Positions 32,157 to 49,721 are shown, counted from the first letter of the stretch. The stretch is DNA of 64,000 bases from the human T2T-CHM13v2.0 reference genome, Homo sapiens (GCF_009914755.1 NC_060929.1), one strand, 5' to 3'. Program-made: numbers and translations. The notes: generated by a model not told the origin, from the sequence alone.

Positions 32157-32275
32157 AAAATATGGAATACTTTTTAAAATACGGATATGAATTTGCATAT
32201 CATCATTGTGCATAAGCCATGCTAATCTTCTCTGTATCTTTCCAATTTTAGTATATGTGCTGCCAAAGCAAGCAT
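32157..32275 (-). pseudogene. U6 snRNA retropseudogene in intron 13
   Basis: Minus strand reads ATGCTTGCTTTGGCAGCACATATACTAAAATTGGAAAGATACAGAGAAGATTAGCATGG...TTCCATATTTT plus an A-tail. Degenerate TSD aaagaatgacaaca/aaaaaaagacagca. Confidence 0.93.
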
Positions 32276-32778
32276 TGTTGTCATTCTTTAAAACGTGTAT
32301 TTCTGGCTGGGCACGGTGGCTCACGCCTGTAATCCCAGCACTTTGGGAGGCCAAGGACAGTGGATCACGAAGTCAGAAGTTCCAGACCAGCCTGGCCAAC
32401 ATGGTGAAACCCCTTCTCTACTAAAAATACAAAAATTAGCTGGGCATGGTAATGGGTGCCTGTAATCCCAGCTACTCGGGAGGCTGAGACAGGAGAATCG
32501 CTTGAACCTGGGAGGCGAGGTTGCAGTGAGCTGAGATCACGCCACTGCACTCCAGCCTGGGCAACAGAGCAAGACGCAGGAGCCTGAGGTGGGAGGATTG
32601 CTTTAGTCCAGGAGGAAGAGGGTGCAGTGAGCTGAGATCGTGCACCACTGCACTCCAGCCTAGGTGGCAGAGCAAGACCCTGTCACAAAAACAAACAGAG
32701 CCAAGTGTGGTGGTTCATGCCTGTAATCCCAACACCTTAGGAGGCCAGGGTGGGTGGATCACTTGAGGCCAGGAGTTA

Positions 32779-33018
<240 letters not shown>

Positions 33019-33159
33019 TTATAATAATATATATAAATAAAGACAGGAGAAGAAGGATGTCAAATGGGGTGGCTTTTCCAATATGCCCAGAGCCCTGCTT
33101 GTGTCTCAGGGAAAAGAAGGTTAAAAAGCTGTCACAATTGATCTCAGAGCATCCCTTAC

Positions 33160-33266
33160 CTTGCCCCCATAGACCACTGTGCCACCTTCTTTCTTTGCTT
33201 CTTCCACTGCTCCAAGAAACATGCTCACTGCCTGCTTGGTGTGGAGTGGCCCATAGAGAACATTAG
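33160..33266 (-). CDS. ALDH7A1: ALDH7A1 exon 13 (107 nt), [35 protein letters not shown]
   Basis: Acceptor ctccag, donor gtaagg. In frame. Confidence 0.96.
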
Positions 33267-33384
33267 CTGGAGAGAGAAAAGGAAGGCTGGCTCATCATTT
33301 TGCCCTTTATGGCATCGTTTTATTATTAGAACAGCTTTCTCAATGAACAGACCAATCCCTTCCTATATGCTCTCAATTGAGAAC

Positions 33385-33585
33385 ATAAGTCAGCATCCTT
33401 TTTCCATAAAGAACCAGATGGTAAATATTTTATGCTTTGGAGGACATACGTGATCTCCATCCCAATACTCAACTCCGTAATTGTAGTGCAAAAGCAGCCA
33501 TAAATGACATGCAAATGAGTGGGTATGTGCCGAGAAACTTTTTTTTACAGAAACAGGCAGAGCCAAGTCTGTTTGCCAATCTCTA
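33385..33585 (+). mobile_element. MER58-like hAT DNA transposon relic
   Basis: aaagaaccagatggtaaatatttt...tactcaactc...tgtagtgcaaaagcagccata. Confidence 0.7.
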
Positions 33586-34106
33586 GTTTAAAGGAATGGC
33601 TATCAATTACTCAAAGCACTGCACTCAAAATATAGGGTCAGTTTACTCATTACAGTGTGACCATTCTCTAAGGAAACATCACAGTCTCAGTAGTTGGTGT
33701 ATAATTCAAGGGGGAAGAGAATGATGCTGTCCTATGTTACGGCTGCTGGGGACTAGAGCACTGACAGTGACCCAGCAACAAAGAAGAAGGAAGATGTAGG
33801 TAGGCCTCTATGAGGAGGAGGCATGTTAGCAGAGCCATCCCCACTCTGGGTGAAGAATGTTTCCAGCAGACAGCACAGTAGGATAGAGCCTGGCATGCCT
33901 GGAACACTGAAAGGATGTTGGAGAAGGTGGAGCTCTGGGAGCAAGAGGGAAAATAGACACAGAAAGGCTGGTGAGAAGGCAAGCGGGGCAGGAGGCAGAG
34001 AGCAGACCAGGAAGGATCGGGAGCCTGCAAAAAAGAAGAAATCAAGAGGACTCTCGGTTTTAATCTAAAAGCAGGCCTGGCGCAATGGCTCACACCTGTA
34101 ATCTTA

Positions 34107-34408
<302 letters not shown>

Positions 34409-34803
34409 TTACTGAGGGGTATTTTAAGCAGGAGAGTGAATTATCTGATTGCATTTTAAAAATCATTCTGTAGCAATGGATGCAGAAAGGTCAGTTAGGG
34501 GATTCTTGCAGCCTTGCACAAGAGGGATGGTGTCGGCTTGGACAAGGGTAATAGTAATGAGAGAGAAGCACACTAAATCTCATTCCATCTAAACAACCTC
34601 TCCCAGTCTCACCCACTAGCACACATCAAGCAGCCAGGGTCGAAACCTAGGAGCAGACACGATACACCAAAGCCTAATAACCTGCTTCATGTGCCTTCAC
34701 GCCTCTCAGGAAAGGGAAAGAAACTCCAAAACTCAGATCAGAAACACTTGTTAACAACAGCTCTCAAAAAGGGATCGCTTTGAAAGCAGAAGGAGATACT
34801 CAC

Positions 34804-34888
34804 GGTCCCATGGGTTCCCAACTCGGATCTGTGCATAGGCCTTTTTAAGTCTGTTTACAACCTCATCATGGATGCTTTCATGTATAAA
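34804..34888 (-). CDS. ALDH7A1: ALDH7A1 exon 12 (85 nt), [28 protein letters not shown]
   Basis: Acceptor gtttag, donor gtgagt. In frame. Confidence 0.96.
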
Positions 34889-35091
34889 CTAAACGAAAAA
34901 AGATATTCAAGGGCATAGTATGATAAATGCACACATTTTTAAACAATGAATAATTTCCTTGATAGTTACTGAAATACTGTAATCTCTAAAAATATAAGAA
35001 AATCAAAGCATGTTTATTTTTTTAATTATATAATTTATCATTTTAATATTAACTATATGAAGTCAAAATTTTCCTTTTAGGTAGATAATAG

Positions 35092-35335
<244 letters not shown>

Positions 35336-36757
35336 TGAACTCCTGACCTCAGGTGATCCACCCACCTCAGTCTCCCAAAGTGCTGGGATTACAGGTGTGA
35401 GCCACCACACCCGGTCCATAAGCCACATCTTCATCAAGTTTCCAAGGATGTATTTGTCTAAGCTTCACAAATACATTAAAGAAGGCCTCAAGTACATGTG
35501 TCCCATACTGTAACCCTAAGTCCCAGTGAACACAGAGCATAGTCATAACTGACCTCTGCTGGGTAACTACAAACACTTAACCCCAGGCCACACAGGTCTC
35601 CAGAGGAGGCCTTAATTAGGTGAGGACAACCCTTGCATTCTCTGGGTAGTTGTCAGGTCCATGCTATGCTCCAAGTGGCAGAGCTGAACTTGCCAAACCA
35701 TCTATGCTCTGGGTTAGTCTCCACATGTGATGAATGAATTGACATTATGAGAACTAGTCATGAAGCAGTCCATAGTAATGAAATTTTTAAAAATATTACT
35801 GCTAACTCTAAGGAAATCTATTTGGACAATGACTAATATTACCTATTAATATTTAAAACTAATATAAAAGACGTCTATGAATATTTGCTCCAAAACACAT
35901 GAAAAAAATAAAAATTGGCTGAATAGAGAAATATTTGGCTTTTATGTCATTTCATATTTTACCATGTAATGAAGGGTATAATCATTTGGAGTGCATGGTT
36001 TTTTCTTAGCTTTAACGTAATCTTTAACGCAATTTAATGTTTATGGTGAACAAATTTAATAAACTTTAAAGTTACAAATGTAGTATCAGATTATTTGAGA
36101 ATGTCAGCTGTGTAAAAATAAAGATTTATTTTCATTTATGCAAAACACCTGAAAAAACAAATATGAAAAGTGTGAGAGGCCGGGTGCGGTGGCTCACACC
36201 TGTAATTTCAGCACTTTGGGAGGCCAAGGCAGGCAGATCACCTGAGGTCAGGAGTTTGAGACCAGCCTGGCCAACATGGCAAAATCCCATCTCTAATAAA
36301 AATACAAAAATTAGCCAGGCACGGTGATGGGTGCCTGTAGTGCCAGCTACTCAGGAGGCTGAGGTGGGAGAATCACTTGAACCTGGAGGTGGAGGTTACG
36401 GTGAGCTGAGATCACACCATTGCACTCCAGCCTGGCCAACAGAGAGAGACTCCATCTCAAAAAAAAAAAAGAAAGAAAGAAAAAAGAAAAGTGTAAGGTA
36501 AAGATAATTTTCATATATCTTTTAGCTTATTCTAATTAATTTAGATTATGTCAGTCTTATAAAGAATTTGTTCACACTCAATATGAATGAGAGCAAAAAC
36601 CCAAAGCCAATTCCTTAATAATTCAACTGAAGGCTTTTTTCATTACAAAAGGAAAACTCAACAATAATAAAAAAGGCTCAAGTCCAACAGAGCTTAAAAA
36701 TAATTTTTTTTAAATGGCAAATGCAGCCAAATTTTGTACCTAACTAAAACTTCCTCA

Positions 36758-36931
<174 letters not shown>

Positions 36932-37573
36932 TCAGGAGGGTGAGGCAGGAGAATCGCTTGAATCCAGGAGGTGGAGGTTGCAGTGAGCAAGATCGCGCCA
37001 CTACACTCCAACCTGGGCAACAGAGCGAGACTCCAACTCAAAAAAAAAAAAAAAAAAAAAAAAACACAAAAACAAAACAAAAAAAACTTGCTCAGTTATA
37101 GTATAGTCTTTTAGTACCATAAAGTCATGAAAATCAAAGTTGTAACACATACTAAACTCAAGACCAGCTCAATCTAAGTGTAGAGATTCAACTTCCCAAA
37201 TCCCATATTGAAGCTAAACCACATCTCCTTATATACACTTAATATTAATCTGTCCTCTCGATATATATATGTATGCAGGCTATATATGTATATAGAGAGG
37301 TCACACATATACATAGCCATTTGCTTTTCAATGAATCATGTCATTTCAAGTCAAATCTAATTCTAGACTTGAGGCTAAAAATAAAAGTGTTTATTGATTG
37401 ATTGGTTGAGACAGGGTCTTGCCCTGTCGCCCAGGCTAGAGTACAGTGGTGCAATCATGGCTCATTGCAGCCTCATTGAGCCCTTTCCTGGGCTCAATCA
37501 ATCCTCCTGCCTCAGCCTCCCAAGTAGCTGGGACTACAAGCATGAGCCATCATGCCTTGCTAATTTTTTTTAA

Positions 37574-37759
<186 letters not shown>

Positions 37760-38097
37760 TAGCTATAGTTTAATAATTCTTTTTATTTTTATCTTGTTTT
37801 GTTCTCTAAATGACACTGGACTTCGTCCATATTGTTCTAGGAGTAGGACTGAATATCAGTCTCATCTCCTAGTCCAACTCCAGTCAATTGGTAGTGGAAC
37901 CCCTATTATCTTGGGGTGGGAAAAAGGCAAAGTCCCTGAATGATTAACAACATCTGCCATGAGCACAGAAAGAGAACTGGACCACATATTTGCCAGCCAC
38001 ATCTAGAGAGCATGTTGTTCTAGCAGTATTGCTGACACCTCTCTAACAGCAGAACTCATTAAAAAGTAGTGTTTTAAGAGCAAGACAATCGGGCCTA

Positions 38098-38208
<111 letters not shown>

Positions 38209-38212
38209 TTAG

Positions 38213-38615
<403 letters not shown>

Positions 38616-38857
38616 TAAAGTGCAGTAAAAGAACATCAAAACTATTGTTGTAAAGTAACCATATGCACGTTACGAAGACATATATAGACGAGGGGGAAAG
38701 GCACACTCTTCTTCCAAGGAAGATTATGAGCTCTATGATCTTTACCCAGATATACAAGGGTAAATTGAGGCTCTCACTCCTCTGGCCTCTTCATCTTTTA
38801 TTTCTCGGGGGGTTTTTTGTTTGTTCTTTTTTTCTGAGACGGAGTCTCACTCTGTCA

Positions 38858-39388
<531 letters not shown>

Positions 39389-39955
39389 TTATATCTTACA
39401 CATACTTCTTATGTGTGTCAACTACAAATATCTAAGCATTTTTGTGACAAACTCAAACAGTTAAAAAAGAGCATAAGTAATCTCTAAGCCTATAGGTAAG
39501 TGATTTTTTTAATGCCTTAAGGACATGTTCCTTCCCAATATAAAAACACTCAATATTCCACTAAAGACAAAATAATGTTTTTGAAATCTAAAGAAATGAT
39601 CAAGTCACATAAGAGTTACTTAAGTTATTCTAGAGAAATGTGGCCAGTTTTCAGCAAACAGAAGAAGAAAAAACAAGAAATAATGCCATACTACAATGGC
39701 AATGGAAGTCTCATTCACAGGTTCTAGATCATCCCAGGTAACATGTTCTAAACATGAATACCTTTCCTTCCTAGTTACCTCTGCCTTCAAAACAAGCTTG
39801 TGTCCTGTCTCCCAAGTAAAATTCCTAAACACAGGAACTAGGTCTCAGGCATATGCAACATGGACGAAATGAGATCCCAAACAAGTTCCATATATTCAGG
39901 ATGGCGACTGTGGAAACTGAACAGAAAACAAACAAAAACAAAGAGGCAGCCTTAC

Positions 39956-39997
39956 CAATAATGGCATTGTTTCCTCCAAGTTCCAACAGACTTCTCC
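39956..39997 (-). CDS. ALDH7A1: ALDH7A1 exon 10 (42 nt), RSLLELGGNNAII; catalytic Glu codon at 39981-39983
   Basis: ALDH LELGG motif. Acceptor tttaag, donor gtaagg. Confidence 0.97.
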
Positions 39998-40356
39998 CTT
40001 AAAAGAAAAAAATTATATATAAAAATTAATGCCTACTTCCATATTTACTGCACACTGCTACACAGCCTAATCCCAATTATTAAATTATATAGCCTGTCCA
40101 ATTATTTTTTATATAGCCTATCCCAATCATATAGCCTATCCTGATTACACCCTATCCCAATTATTTTTCAACTTATTTTCTAATTTATAAAGTAGCATTA
40201 CTATTGTATCAATATCAAATGTCCTGATTTTAGTAACTACTGTGGTTATACAAGAAAATGTCCACATTCTTAGGAAACACACCAAAATATTTAGTAATAA
40301 AGGGGACACATCTTTGACTTACTCCAAACAGTTCAACAATAATATGCACCCACAGA

Positions 40357-40403
40357 GTGTGTGTGTGTGTGTGTGTGTGCACGTGTGCGTGCACGCGCGC
40401 ATA
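40357..40403 (+). repeat. (GT)n extended by alternating purine-pyrimidine sequence
   Basis: gtgt...gtgcacgtgtgcgtgcacgcgcgcata read directly. Confidence 0.95.
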
Positions 40404-40579
40404 GATGTTGCTGGAGAGAGAGAAAATGAGAAATCAAATGGGGCAAAATGTAAGCAATTAGTGACTCTGATTAAAGGGTTTACAGGAATTCCTTATGTTG
40501 GTCATATAATTTTGGTTTGAAATTAACAGGAAAGTCTACAGCCAAACCAAACCACCCTGAGCGTGCCCAGTCTTATCTG

Positions 40580-42025
<1,446 letters not shown>

Positions 42026-43914
42026 AAAGAAAGAAACCTATGGCCCATAAGGCCACCACAAAAATCTCTACTTACAATTTGATAGTGTCTTCCAATCTTT
42101 CCTCTGTGCATTTATATCTAGTTGAGATTATATTATTTCATTTTACTTTATTTTCTGATGTCTTACACCTTTCCCCTAAGTTATTAAAAGTCAAGAAAAG
42201 AAAAACCACTCCATAGCATTCCATCATGATGACATACCAAATTTTATTTAGCTGTTTCTCCAGTGTTGAATATATTTGTTGATTATTTACTTAGGTTAGG
42301 ACTCTTGACAGACATTGCCAACCTATATTCTAGAAAAGTTATATAGCAGGCCATGAATGCCATTCTTTTTTTTCAGTCAGAGTCTTGCTCTGTTGCCCAG
42401 GCTGGAGTGCAGTGGCGTGATCTCGGCTCACTGCAAATCTCCGCCTCCTGGGTTCAAGTGATTCTCCTGTCTCAGCTTCCCAAGTAGCTGGGACTACAGG
42501 CATGCACCATCACGCCCAGCTCTTTTTTGTATTTTTAGTAGAGACGGGGTTTTGCCATATTGGCCAGGCTGGTCTTGAACTCCTGACCTCGGGTGATCCG
42601 CCCGCCTCAGCCTCCCAAAGTGCTGGGATTACAGGCTTGAGCCATCGCAACCGGCCCACCATTTTTTTTTCTTTCTTTCTTTTTTCAAGAGTCACCCAGG
42701 CTGGAATATAGTGGTGCTATCATAGCTCACTGCAGCCTCAATTTCTGGGTTCAAGCCAACCTCCATCCTCAGCCTCCCAAGTAGCTCATACAACAAGCAC
42801 GTGTCACAACACCTGGCTTGTTTTGTTTTGTTTTAAGAGACAGGTTTTCACAATGTTGCCCAGGCTCTGGTCTCATTCCTAGCTTCCAGCGATCCACCCA
42901 CCTTGACCTCCCAAAGTCCTGGGATTACAGATATGAGCCACTACACCTGGCCTATAAATGCCATTCTTACCTTACTCCTCCCAGCATAAAGATCTGAGAG
43001 ATGTGTTTGCCTCAATTTTAGACATATTTTTATTTATTTTTGAGACAGAGTCTCACTCTGTCACCAGGCTGGAATGCAGTAGTGCAATCTCAGCTCACTG
43101 CAACCTCTGCCTCTGGGTTCAAGCAATTCTCTTGCCTCAGCCTCCCAAGTAGCTGGGCATGCCGCCACACCTAGCTAATTTTTTTGTATTTTAGTAGGGA
43201 TGGGAGTTTCACCATGTAGCCCAGGCTGGTCTTGAACTCTTGAGCTCAGGCAATTCACCCACCTCAGCCTCCCAAAGTGCTAGGATTACAGACGTGAGCC
43301 ACTGTGCCCAGCCTTAGACATACATTTATTACTGATCTTTTGATCATCGATTTCCTTAAGTGCACTTTAAAATCAGCTTCCATGTGAATAACTTTTATTC
43401 ATTTGTGATATCAGGAGCATATGTGACAACAGCAGAGTATCTTCTCATTTCCATTGCTCTGAAACAGGTAAGCATCAAGTGAATATTAATTATGAAGACA
43501 TGGCTGTTACTACCAAAAGCCACCAAATGCTACACCAACTCTAGTCTCTGCTGCAATCATTGAATTAATGACAGCTTGCTGGCTATAGCATAGCGCTATG
43601 CTAGGTGTTAAGAAGAGAAGGAAGGAAACGGAAGCTTTTACGCCTGACATTAGCTTCTCCTGCCTGGCTGCAAGTGATGTTTGGCAGAAGAGGAGGGATC
43701 TATACTTTCTACATCCTTCCAGTTCTCTATCAGGCGCTCTCTGACTATACTCCTAACCACCAACTCCTCCAAGAAAAGCACCTATAATTAAGACAGGCAG
43801 ATACATTTTAAAAATTATAATTCTACTACTACTACTATTACTACTTAGCCAAGAACAACAAACTACCGCCTTGAGTAAGGAAAAGGGGAGAAAGGTGAGA
43901 AGATGAAATCTGCT

Positions 43915-45325
<1,411 letters not shown>

Positions 45326-45770
45326 GTTTTTTAATAAATTCCTTTTTAAAAGCAATGCCTACATAGTTAAACAGTTGACAGATTAGTCAAATGTTATCTT
45401 ATGCTGGGGTTAAAGTCTAAAATTCATCCTGACAGCCAAAAATTGATAGCCAATATTATCCTCAAAAACCTTGGAAATCATCCATAAAGCACAGTACAGT
45501 ATACAAAGCTATGTCTATACAACCCTTTTCAATCATGTATCCAGGATCCATATCCATGATCCATATGCATATGGATACATATGGATCCATATCCATGATC
45601 CATATACATGAGAGAAGAGCAGATTTAAGCCTTCTATTCCACACTCACTGTAAGTTCTGTACTCAGTGCTCCTGTTTAAATGATGACATTTTTCTCACCA
45701 CTATACTAATGAGAAATGATGACATTTTTCTTCTTTAATTTGCCAAATAGGACTAGTACAATTTGATAAG

Positions 45771-46280
45771 TGTAAAAAGTAAAGTAGAGCTTCCTCTTCA
45801 AAGACTTTCCTCCCCATCTAATTAAAAATAAATAATAACTTCTCTTAAAAGCAAAATTTATTCAAAGACTTGTGCTCCTAAATATTTGCCCTGGCATGCT
45901 TATACTGGTCCAAGCACACATTAGGTCATAGCCTGTTCCTCTTCCTTATTTAAGTGTTTTTACCTTTCTCAGCATTCCACAAGTTACTTTCTCCTTCCTT
46001 TGTTCTCCTCTACTTTTGCCTCTTTTAAAAAGTTCTAAGTTGCTAGCCAATTGGGAGAAATACAAAATGTGAGGTCCCATTCCAGCCAATGGAAACTGGA
46101 CACAGCAGTAGGGTGGACGCATCAGGTTATAAATGACCCTGTCTCCTTTGTTCAGTGTACTGTCTTGGCAAAACTGCTGGCGACTGTACCCTTTCTACAG
46201 GAAGTAAAAATGGCCTTACTAAATAAATTTATGTTCAAGTACTATTTCTTTACAGCACCCAAAAACAAACATTTCAAACA
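45771..46280 (+). mobile_element. LTR10-family (ERV1/HERV-I) solo LTR, antisense to ALDH7A1, in intron 9
   Basis: tgtaaaaagtaaagtagag...catttcaaaca termini, two ccaat boxes, tataaa at ~46128, aataaa at ~46222. Subfamily uncertain. Confidence 0.7.
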
Positions 46281-46339
46281 TAAATATTCTATGTGATTCA
46301 ATTATACCCATTTAGAGAGAAAATGACTTCCTTTCATAA

Positions 46340-46570
<231 letters not shown>

Positions 46571-46617
46571 TGATCCACCCACCTCGGCCTCCCAAAGTGC
46601 TGGGATTACAGGCGTAA

Positions 46618-46850
<233 letters not shown>

Positions 46851-47120
46851 TAGCCAGGATGGTCTGGATCTCCTGACCTTGTGATCCACCTGCCTTGGCC
46901 TCCCAAAGTGCTGGGATTTTCATAAATTTTGGTATTTAAATTTAGGACTTCCCTAATATTCTACTGCTAATAACTGTACCCTTTTCTTTTACTTAGACAT
47001 TCAAATAAACATGACCACTGCCTCCATGGAAAAGGTTGAGGGGAAAACAAAAACTCAACTTTTAGATTTCACCTCCATATTTGAGAGAATTAAAATCCTC
47101 ATTAGAAAGCCAACACTTAC

Positions 47121-47218
47121 CAAACCTCTCCTGCACCATCAGGCCCACCTGTTTTCCCACCTGAGTGCTCCCAGTGAAGGACAGCAGGTTCACTCGTTCA
47201 TCTTTGGCCATTGCTGTG
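47121..47218 (-). CDS. ALDH7A1: ALDH7A1 exon 9 (98 nt), [32 protein letters not shown]
   Basis: NAD-binding SFTGSTQVG motif, also visible in ORF 47062..47250. Acceptor ttgcag, donor gtaagt. Confidence 0.97.
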
Positions 47219-47647
47219 CTGCAAGGGAACAGACACGGTCGGCCACCCAAGCAGAGAAACCCAGCAATTACAACATCTAATGGTACCCAGCACTGAAGTG
47301 CCCTTGAAAAAGCAGTCCCTTGAAGCTACAAGAAAGTCTGTCCCAGGGGAGCAAGGGAAGGTCTTCATGAGAAGGAAAAAAGTTTTTCACAGGTAGAACC
47401 ATTAGGCAGAAGAGGCTAACCTGCTGTGAGCATTTGAATAGAAATCACCTAGAGGAAGTTGTTAGGGAAGAAAGTCTTTCCTATACTGAGTGAGTGACTG
47501 GACAATATGATCTTAGCATTTCCTTGCTGAGCATTCCAGTTTTACAAACTTTTAACTGCTGTGTAATTCCTTTAAGGATTAAAACTTGGGCAGGACCAGC
47601 CTAGGCAACACGATGAAACCCCATCTCTATAAAAAATACTAAAATTA

Positions 47648-47818
<171 letters not shown>

Positions 47819-47853
47819 TCAAACTTAAAAGCCTGTAGGGAAATATCCTAAAG

Positions 47854-48203
47854 CAGGGGTCCCCAAGCCCCAGGATGCTGACCAGTACCAGTCTGTGGCC
47901 TATTAGGAGCCAGGCTGCACAGCAGGAGGTAGGCAGCAGGCAACCTGGCGAGCATTACTGCCTGAGTGCCACCTCCTGTCAGATCAGCAGCAGCATTAGA
48001 TCTTCAGAGGAGTGTGAACTCTATTGTGAGCTGTGCATGCAAGGGATCTAGATTGCATGCTCCTTATGAGAATCTAACTAATGCCTTATGATCTGAGTGG
48101 AACAATTTCAGCCTAAAACCATCCCCCTGCCGTGGTCCATGGAAAAATTGTCTTCCACTAAACCAGTCCCAGTCCCTGGTGCCAGAAAGGTTGGGGACCG
48201 CTA
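47854..48203 (+). mobile_element. MER1B hAT-Charlie DNA transposon
   Basis: TIRs caggggtccccaa / ttggggaccgcta and perfect 8-bp TSD tcctaaag. Confidence 0.9.
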
Positions 48204-48879
48204 TCCTAAAGTATTCCTCATGGAAGCCTACTTATAAAGGCTATGCTAGGATTTCCAGTTGCTTCTAAGGAATGCAAATCAGACACTACTGATTTGAACC
48301 TCTTTCTTCCTAATTCAGTGCTACAAAGGGTCCAGTGTGAACCAAGCAGGGCAGCCACAGCATCAGTCTAACGTAGGGCTGGACGGCTTGGCTCAATTGC
48401 CTAGGTCAGTCTTCCAAGGTTCAACTCAGCAAGCATGAGCACTAATACTCAAAGTGGCTGCTGCTTAACATGCTCCTGTATATACTACCATAATTATCTG
48501 AGCTATTGCAAGGCCAGCACAAGGACTAAATACCTAGAATGCAAGAATACAGTCAAAGGCCAACTCATGTTTTAAATGACACTTAGATAATATTTCACTC
48601 TGCATTATACATGTGGGAGTTGTATTTCTAAAATTTTCTCATTAATATGAAAAACAGAGTAATGAAAAACAGAGTAACTTATTGCTCCTTTTTGAGATTG
48701 CCCAGTAAGTACAATAGTATTTAAAAGTGTTGGAAGGCAAGGAAACTAACACTTTAGCCACACCAGTATGGGTTGTAAGACTTGACTCCTGAAAAACTCA
48801 CCTAATCAAAGTCTAAGCTGGTAAGAACCTCAGCTTTCATCCCAGTTCAGCACAAGTATAGTCCATGTCATCTTAATAT

Positions 48880-49200
48880 CATGCCAAGTAAAAGCAGCAA
48901 GACACAAAAGGCCACATGTTATATGATTACATTTATACAAAATGTCTCAAATAGGCAAATCCATAGAGACAGAAAATTCTTTAGTGGCTGTCAGGGCATG
49001 AGGGCAGGGGGAATGGGAAGAGACTGCCAGTGGGTATGGGATTAATTTCTTGGCTGATCAAAATGTTCTGGAATAAGATAGTGGTGATAGATATACAATA
49101 CTCTGAATATTTTAAAAACCACTATATTGTACACTTTAAAAGAGAGCATTTCATGATTTTATGGTACACGAATTGTGAATTATATGGCAATTAAAAAAGA
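48880..49200 (+). mobile_element. L1M 3' end fragment
   Basis: aataggcaaatccatagagacagaaa...gttctggaataagatagtggtgatag...tgtacactttaaa. Confidence 0.75.
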
Positions 49201-49643
49201 AAAAAACAATTTTACTAAAAAGAGGCTGTGTTCCCAGGGTTCCCTTTTTCAGTCAGCTGAGAAACTCAGACAATAGGCTAGGTTCTTGGCAGGCAGTGAG
49301 ACCCCAGACTACAATTTCATAGCTTTCTTTGTAAGTAAACACCTTGATAAACCAAGTGTCAGGAAGTCACAGGCTGCCCCCCATTACAGCAGTTTGTTAT
49401 TTCAGGATATAAACACCTTAACAAATAGTACCTCTGGGCAATTAAAAAGACAATTCTTATTCATCCTCCAATAGGAGTTAGGCATTAATAAAATAAGAAC
49501 CCAACAAAGTCCATAATAATAATGATTTCAAAAACCATTCTCAACTCCTTAGTTATAAGTGAGTTCATTATTCTAGTAACGATGATTCTAGTTGGTCAAC
49601 CTGGGGTCCTTCAACAGAGGATGCTCTCAGCCTAGTAACCTAC

Positions 49644-49721
49644 CCAATATCTGCTCCACCACAAGTCAAGGAACAAATTGCACCAGGCAGCTTGTTGTCC
49701 TCCAGAACCTTGGCTATTATC
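49644..49721 (-). CDS. ALDH7A1: ALDH7A1 exon 8 (78 nt), [25 protein letters not shown]
   Basis: Acceptor ttctag, donor gtaggt. In frame. Confidence 0.96.

Noticed and set aside
32157-32275. Functional U6 gene
   Set aside because: Multiple substitutions, a 3' insertion, an A-tail and a TSD indicate a retrocopy. No upstream PSE/TATA is evident.
45678-45731. Two ATGATGA box C-like motifs suggesting a snoRNA
   Set aside because: They are on the strand opposite the host gene, with no suitably placed CTGA box D or terminal stem.
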